Shown here: positions 27,041-32,000 of the stretch, in pieces | Layout of the letters: every line of letters starts with the position of its first letter | Numbering within the stretch: the first letter of the stretch is position 1 | Origin: Acaryochloris thomasi RCC1774 | Lineage (GTDB): Bacteria > Cyanobacteriota > Cyanobacteriia > Thermosynechococcales > Thermosynechococcaceae | Direction of reading: 5' to 3' | DNA: 32,000 nucleotides | NCBI RefSeq assembly: GCF_003231495.1 | Contig: NZ_PQWO01000018.1 | Coordinates: 60,001-92,000 of the forward strand | Program-made: the position numbers and the translations under genes | The notes under the pieces: generated by a model | What the model was told of the DNA's origin: nothing | Databases searched by the model: none | Seen by the model: the letters and a program-made list of their open reading frames with translations, nothing else

Positions 27041-29029
27041 ATGCCCTCATCTTTTACAGCCCTGAATACTGAGTCTCTGAATGTTGTTCAGCCACCTGTG
27101 CCGGCTCTAAAGAAAACAGAGGCTCATCCTGAGCCTGTCCCCCACGCTCTCAGGACTGCTCGCAAAAAATATAAGTACAACTACGCCCATATTGCGCCAG
27201 TCGCGATGGTAGACAAGCTGCCGCGCGAGGAGAGACCCAGTCTGGTCTGGTGGAGAAAGGTGATTCGGGTCATGCTCGAAATCTTTATCAACGCCATCGT
27301 TAGCAAGCGAGGTCATGTTGAAGAAGTACAGGCCCGTCACCATGTCGCCCACCTCGTCAGACAAACGGTGATCGATATCTTTCAGCAGGCAGATTTCAAA
27401 ACGAAACTTCGGCTGGGTTGGCATCTGCTCAGAGCAGTTCCCCAACTCCTTTGGAAGGGATTCAGGTTGGGACTGCATGAGTGGGAAGATCTGGTTCTGA
27501 GTCTGATTTCAGAGGTCGAGAAAGATATTCTGCTGGCGCTCCACGGCGGCGTCAAGGCTCGCGTTGATCAAGACCGCCACTGTGTGACAGCCACGAGTCT
27601 GGAGGACTACAACAGGCAGTTTGCCACGATTGCACTACCTGCGATCGCAACTCATTTCCAAGAAGATGAATACTTCGCCTACCTACGGATAGCGGGTCCC
27701 AATCCTACGATGCTTGAGCAGGTCCGCGTTTTGTTTGGCGACATCCTCAGCCAAAAATTTCCGGTGACAAACGATCACTATCAAGCCGTCATGGGCACTG
27801 ATGATTCCCTGGAGAAAGCTTTAGAAGAGAGCCGCCTCTACATTGCGGACTACGCCATTCTGGCAGGAGCTATCAATGGCACCTATCCTGGCACCCACCC
27901 CAAATATATTGAAGCGCCTCAGGCGCTATTTGCTGTCCCTCGGGGCGGTTCCGCATCACGAAACCTGCGGCCCATTGCGATTCAGTGTGGTCAGGTTTCG
28001 GGTACGAACGTACCAATTGTGACGCCCTCGACGAACGAATCCGAGCGATACGCTTGGGAAATGGCCAAGGCTGTGGTTCAGGTGGCCGATAGCAACTACC
28101 ACGAAGCCATTGCCCACTTAGGTCGCACGCATCTGTTTATTGGCCCCTTTGCGATCGCAACCCATCGGCAACTTCTGCCGGAGCATCCCCTTAGTGTTCT
28201 ACTGCGCCCGCACTTTGAGGGCATGCTCAACATCAATGATGGGGCTCAAAATCTGCTTATGGCTCCCCGAGGTGGCGTTGATAAGAATTTGGCGGCTACG
28301 ATTGACTGCGCGCGCGCAGCGACTGTCGCTGGCTTGCAGAGCTACGGCTTCAATAGCGCCATGCTGCCCAAACGGCTTGAGCAGCGCGGTGTTGCCGATC
28401 TAGAGGCATTCCCGGTCTATCCTTACCGCGATGATGCCCTTTTACTGTGGGATGCCATCAAAGACTGGGTTGCGGCTTACCTCGGTCTTCATTACCAAGA
28501 CGATACCGCAGTCCAGCAGGATCAGGCGCTCCAGAACTGGGCAGCAGAGCTGATTGCCTTTGATGGCGGTCGCGTCGTTGACTTCGGTGAAGACGGTGAG
28601 ATTCGGACTCTCTCATACCTGATTGATGCGGTGACGTTAATCGTTTTTACTGCCAGCGCCCAACATGCTGCTGTCAACTTTCCGCAGGGAGATGTGATGA
28701 CCTACGCTCCGGCGATGCCTCTGGCAGGATATGCTCCGGCTCATCCGCTCACCACCGCTAGCGAAGCAGATTATTTTGAGCAGCTTCCGCCGCTGCATCA
28801 GGCACAGGGACAGCTTGAGCTGACCTATCTGCTAGGACAGGTCTATCACACGGTACTGGGTCAGTATGACTTGGGCTGGTTTCGTGACGGGCAAGAGCAG
28901 AGCGCCCTCCAAGACTTTCAAGAGAGATTGGTGGAGATTGAAGATGCGATCGCAACCCGTAACCAAACCCGTCCCTATCCCTACTGCTATCTGCAGCCTT
29001 CCAAAATCCCCCAAAGCATCAATATTTAA
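27041..29029 (+). CDS. lipoxygenase (non-heme iron fatty-acid dioxygenase), bacterial type without obvious PLAT domain
   Basis: The LOX motifs are YAWEMAKAVVQVADSNYHEAIAHLGRTHL (WxxAK; His354-x4-His359), SAQHAAVNFPQ (His542-x3-Asn546) and a C-terminal ...KIPQSINI ending in Ile, the C-terminal carboxylate iron ligand. An in-frame TGA lies 6 nt upstream of the ATG. Confidence 0.9.
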   Translation: MPSSFTALNTESLNVVQPPVPALKKTEAHPEPVPHALRTARKKYKYNYAHIAPVAMVDKLPREERPSLVWWRKVIRVMLEIFINAIVSKRGHVEEVQARHHVAHLVRQTVIDIFQQADFKTKLRLGWHLLRAVPQLLWKGFRLGLHEWEDLVLSLISEVEKDILLALHGGVKARVDQDRHCVTATSLEDYNRQFATIALPAIATHFQEDEYFAYLRIAGPNPTMLEQVRVLFGDILSQKFPVTNDHYQAVMGTDDSLEKALEESRLYIADYAILAGAINGTYPGTHPKYIEAPQALFAVPRGGSASRNLRPIAIQCGQVSGTNVPIVTPSTNESERYAWEMAKAVVQVADSNYHEAIAHLGRTHLFIGPFAIATHRQLLPEHPLSVLLRPHFEGMLNINDGAQNLLMAPRGGVDKNLAATIDCARAATVAGLQSYGFNSAMLPKRLEQRGVADLEAFPVYPYRDDALLLWDAIKDWVAAYLGLHYQDDTAVQQDQALQNWAAELIAFDGGRVVDFGEDGEIRTLSYLIDAVTLIVFTASAQHAAVNFPQGDVMTYAPAMPLAGYAPAHPLTTASEADYFEQLPPLHQAQGQLELTYLLGQVYHTVLGQYDLGWFRDGQEQSALQDFQERLVEIEDAIATRNQTRPYPYCYLQPSKIPQSINI

Positions 29030-29066
29030 CCCCTAGTTCCCTACCCACCCCCAGAGGACAATTTTC

Positions 29067-30614
29067 ATGGTCTTGGACCTTTCCACCTCCAGTCAAGCCC
29101 CCCGGCAATCGCTTCGCGCGCTAATCTGGAACCGTTTTCTGCAACCCCTACTGCAGAGAATATTCAGATGGCTGACCGCTTCTAAAGCCCAGCCCTTCGA
29201 AGATATCCCAGGGCCGACCCCGATCTTTCCGACTGGGAACGTTTTAGACTTTCAAAAAGATCCCACCTGGGAAGTCTTGGGTAACTACGCCCAACAATAC
29301 GGAAACGTCGCTCGCTTCTGGATGCTGTTTCGACCCTGCCTAGCCGTTAACGATCCAAAGCTAATTCACCAAGTTCTTTCAGGGGTGGGGGAACAGTCAC
29401 CGGAAGTCGCAGAAAGCCGCTGTCCCCTGCACAATAACCCAATCTACAAGTTCTATAAAAACCAGCCGCGCAAAGCGCTGCGGCCCATGCTGACCGACAC
29501 CAATCCCTTTGAAGCTGCAGCTGCAGATGCTCACTGGAAAGATTTGAAGCAGAACCATCCTTTCAGCATGGATTACTTTGATGACTGGCTCGGGTCGCAG
29601 ATCGAACCCCTCCATGCCTTCATAGAAACAAGAGCGACAGAACTGGTCGCAGCCTCTAACCAAGCGGGTGAATTATCGGCCTATGACGCCATTCAAAAGC
29701 TGACCTTTGACGGATTTTCGTTAGCAACCGTGGGGCAAGTTTTCCCGGACGAAGTTTTTGAGCAGTTTAACTCCATGTGCCAGACCGGTACGAGTCGGAT
29801 GACGCGCTCGACCTTGGCAACATGGCTGATTCCAGAAAAGCCGTGGGATCGTACCTATCGCAAAGTAAGCAAAGCCTGGTTCAACCGCTTTGAACAGATC
29901 GTCAGCTTAGAAGAAGCGCCAGCCAACTCGCTGCTAGGCTGGGTGCTTCGCAAAGGCGGCACTAATTTTGAGGCCGAAAAGCTGCGTAATTTTTGTGCCG
30001 GTGTCTATCCCGGTGGAGCCGTCTCTACCCCCAGCGGTATTACGTCAGCGCTCCATCTTCTTCATCAGCACCCAGAAACTCTGGCCGCTCTCAAAGCAGA
30101 AGTCAAAGACTTCTTTGCTGGTCCCCTGACGTTAGAGCGACTGGAAGGCTGCACTCAGCTTGATCAGGTGATGCGTGAATCGCTACGGCTCTGGCCTGCC
30201 GTCCCGTTTTTCCTACGGACGGTTAATCAAGGTGGTGCCGAATTAGCAGGGCACTCCATTCCAGCAGGTACCCCCATTTTTATGAGTAACTGGTCGCTGC
30301 AGCGCCTTAGCGATCATTGGTCAGAGCCAGAGACTTTCAACCCAGCCCGATGGGATGCAGAGACCTGCCGTCAGAACGACTGGGGAAGTGACTACTTCTT
30401 TCCCTTTGGACGGGGCGATCGGGCCTGCATTGGTCAATATTTTGCACGTTATTTTATGAAGCTTGTGTTAGCGGTCTTAGTCTCAAAGTTTGGAGTGACC
30501 TTTGGTGATCAATCCCCTGAGCAAGAGTTCTTCTTCGGCGTCGCGGTTCCGCGCCAGTTGAAGGCACAATTTATTTACTCGAGCAAAGATTTGCCAAAAT
30601 ATTCTGGGGATTGA
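29067..30614 (+). CDS. cytochrome P450
   Basis: The Cys-ligand loop is FPFGRGDRACIGQYFA, the K-helix ExxR is VMRESLRLWP, and the PERF-like motif is ETFNPARWD. The I-helix region is CAGVYPGGAVSTPSGITSALHLLHQHPE. AGAGGA lies 8 nt upstream of the ATG, and the gene starts 37 nt after the LOX stop. Confidence 0.92.
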   Translation: MVLDLSTSSQAPRQSLRALIWNRFLQPLLQRIFRWLTASKAQPFEDIPGPTPIFPTGNVLDFQKDPTWEVLGNYAQQYGNVARFWMLFRPCLAVNDPKLIHQVLSGVGEQSPEVAESRCPLHNNPIYKFYKNQPRKALRPMLTDTNPFEAAAADAHWKDLKQNHPFSMDYFDDWLGSQIEPLHAFIETRATELVAASNQAGELSAYDAIQKLTFDGFSLATVGQVFPDEVFEQFNSMCQTGTSRMTRSTLATWLIPEKPWDRTYRKVSKAWFNRFEQIVSLEEAPANSLLGWVLRKGGTNFEAEKLRNFCAGVYPGGAVSTPSGITSALHLLHQHPETLAALKAEVKDFFAGPLTLERLEGCTQLDQVMRESLRLWPAVPFFLRTVNQGGAELAGHSIPAGTPIFMSNWSLQRLSDHWSEPETFNPARWDAETCRQNDWGSDYFFPFGRGDRACIGQYFARYFMKLVLAVLVSKFGVTFGDQSPEQEFFFGVAVPRQLKAQFIYSSKDLPKYSGD

Positions 30615-30783
30615 AGCTTTTGCAAGGTCTGATTCTTGTTATTGCCTAGTTGCTAAGATAAGGAGCATTGACAGTCGAAGTGCAGCAGACTTCATGAGTG
30701 GTCAGTTCTTCAAGCACCCGATCCTCAACTCGCCTTAGCTGTGCTGGCTGACGCTCATGATTAGGGAAAGGCCGGAGGGCTGA

Positions 30784-31383
30784 ATGATGGCGATGGCAGC
30801 ACCGAAAACGAAGACCTACACGGCTGAGGAATATCTAGAGCTGGAGATCACGTCTGAGGTTCGCAGCGAATTCCGGGATGGAGAGATTGTTGAGATGACG
30901 GGTGGCACCCCTGCACACAATGAAATTACACGGATGCTTATTTTCTTGCTGACAATGGCGCTGCGCAAGCAGCCATACAGCATTTTTGTCACCGATCAGC
31001 GTCTCTGGTTGCCGGACTGCAATCTCTATACTTACCCCGATGTGATGGTGATGCCCCGTCCGCCGAAGCTTCAGACTGGGCGAAAGGATACGGTGATGAA
31101 TCCGATTTTTATAGCTGAGGTCTTATCAGAATCTACTCAGGGATATGACCGAGGTGATAAGTTCTCAGCCTATCGGACAGTTGCAACGTTTGAAGAGTAT
31201 TTGCTAATTGATCAATATCAGCCACGGGTAGAGCATTACGCGCGGCAGGAGGCAAATAAATGGTTACTCACGGTTCATGATAGGCCGGAGGCTAGGGTGT
31301 CTTTGGTGTCTGTGCCGGTGGAGTTAGAGCTTGCTGAGCTATATGAGAACTTGGAGTTTGGTGAGTCGTTGGATAATGCCTGA
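30784..31383 (+). CDS. Uma2-family (DUF820) PD-(D/E)xK-like endonuclease
   Basis: The typical Uma2 N-terminus YTAEEYLELE...SEFRDGEIVEMTGGTPAHNEI is present, then ...YPDVMVM...PIFIAEVLSEST...DRGDKFSAYRT...EEYLLID. The start could be any of three ATGs at 30784, 30787 or 30793. Confidence 0.8.
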   Translation: MMAMAAPKTKTYTAEEYLELEITSEVRSEFRDGEIVEMTGGTPAHNEITRMLIFLLTMALRKQPYSIFVTDQRLWLPDCNLYTYPDVMVMPRPPKLQTGRKDTVMNPIFIAEVLSESTQGYDRGDKFSAYRTVATFEEYLLIDQYQPRVEHYARQEANKWLLTVHDRPEARVSLVSVPVELELAELYENLEFGESLDNA

Positions 31384-31424
31384 AATGAGGGGGATGGTTT
31401 TGCATTAGCCCCCCGACAGCCTTT

Positions 31425-32000
31425 TTAAGAATGAGAGTCACGAACTGGAACCTGATGCTGAGCCAGATGCGTTTTTATTTCGGCGACGGTCAACTGTCCA
31501 TAGTGGAGCAGTGAAGCCAGCAGTGCTGCTTCCGCTTTGCCCTCGGTCAACGCTTCACGAATATGATCGCAGGTGCCAGCCCCCCCCGAGGCCACCACTG
31601 GGATCTGCACCTGTTCAGCAATGGCGCGGGTTAGCTCTAAATCGTAGCCTGCCTGAGTTCCATCGGCATCCATACTGGTGACCAGTAGCTCGCCAGCCCC
31701 GCGCTGCTCCATCTCTTTGACCCATGAGATCGCATCTAGTCCCGTATTCTCCCGTCCACCGCGAATGTAGACATCCCAGCCGGGGTTCTCGGGGTCAGTG
31801 CGGCGACGGGCATCAATGGCGATCACAATACATTGGCGACCAAAACGCTCACTGGCTTGGGTGACAAACTCTGGGTTGCGAACCGCAAAAGAGTTGATGC
31901 TAACCTTATCGGCACCGGCCCTTAGTAACTTCCGAATTGTGTCCAGCGAGCCAATTCCACCGCCCACGGTCAGGGGAATAAAGACTTCCTCTGCCGTTCG
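31425..32000 (-). CDS. hisF: imidazole glycerol phosphate synthase cyclase subunit, C-terminal ~190 aa; 5' end outside window
   Basis: The translation [34 protein letters not shown]...[10 protein letters not shown]...[54 protein letters not shown]...[10 protein letters not shown] is collinear with HisF. The frame is open to the window edge. Confidence 0.93.
   Translation of the reverse strand, partial: RTAEEVFIPLTVGGGIGSLDTIRKLLRAGADKVSINSFAVRNPEFVTQASERFGRQCIVIAIDARRRTDPENPGWDVYIRGGRENTGLDAISWVKEMEQRGAGELLVTSMDADGTQAGYDLELTRAIAEQVQIPVVASGGAGTCDHIREALTEGKAEAALLASLLHYGQLTVAEIKTHLAQHQVPVRDSHS

Noticed and set aside
27107-27478. 123-aa minus-strand ORF
   Set aside because: It is antisense within the lipoxygenase gene and has no recognisable domain.
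30784-31383. Uma2 endonuclease as part of a restriction-modification or toxin-antitoxin system
   Set aside because: There is no adjacent methyltransferase, specificity subunit or small partner ORF. Uma2/DUF820 genes occur as numerous solitary copies in cyanobacteria.
31384-31424. G5...C6 inverted repeat between the convergent Uma2 and hisF genes, as a bidirectional terminator
   Set aside because: The stem is only about 5 G-C pairs around a 16-nt unpaired loop, and the T-run is displaced by about 9 nt. That is too weak to call.
1-32000. Search for CRISPR arrays, tRNA/rRNA genes, IS elements, integrases or long direct/inverted repeats
   Set aside because: None were seen. The only recurrent short repeats are the HIP1 palindromes and the 11-mer in the LOX upstream region.

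Overview
This window looks like a cyanobacterial chromosomal segment. It has 18 exact HIP1 octamers (GCGATCGC), phylloquinone genes menG/menA, the carotenoid isomerase crtH, and DUF1816 and Uma2 genes. I call 25 protein-coding genes, two of them truncated by the window edges. I saw no rRNA, tRNA, CRISPR array, transposase or integrase.

The left half (1-13.6 kb) is housekeeping or accessory: an RlmB-like methylase, an alpha/beta hydrolase, a DUF218 protein, a pseudouridine synthase coupled to a RodZ-like protein, an HtrA protease with a GT39 glycosyltransferase, queF-menG-menA, pepA, a CPBP protease, a LOG protein and an EamA transporter.

The right half is signalling-rich and holds the most interesting content:
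1. A REC-GAF-PAS histidine kinase whose GAF domain carries both a DXCF motif and the canonical Cys-His motif of cyanobacteriochromes. It lies next to crtH.
2. A tightly coupled four-gene minus-strand operon. It encodes a 1823-aa Ser/Thr kinase / P-loop NTPase / TPR-like / GAF / histidine kinase (HstK-like), then a stand-alone REC, then a REC-histidine kinase, then a REC-GGDEF protein. It ends at a clean rho-independent terminator.
3. A lipoxygenase gene, divergently transcribed from that operon across a 506-bp intergenic region, followed 37 nt later by a cytochrome P450. The P450 has a canonical Cys loop but a degenerate I-helix acid-alcohol pair.

The LOX-P450 cassette is my best candidate for an uncharacterised system, namely a bacterial oxylipin pathway. 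All functional calls come from motif recognition by eye. No database search was run.
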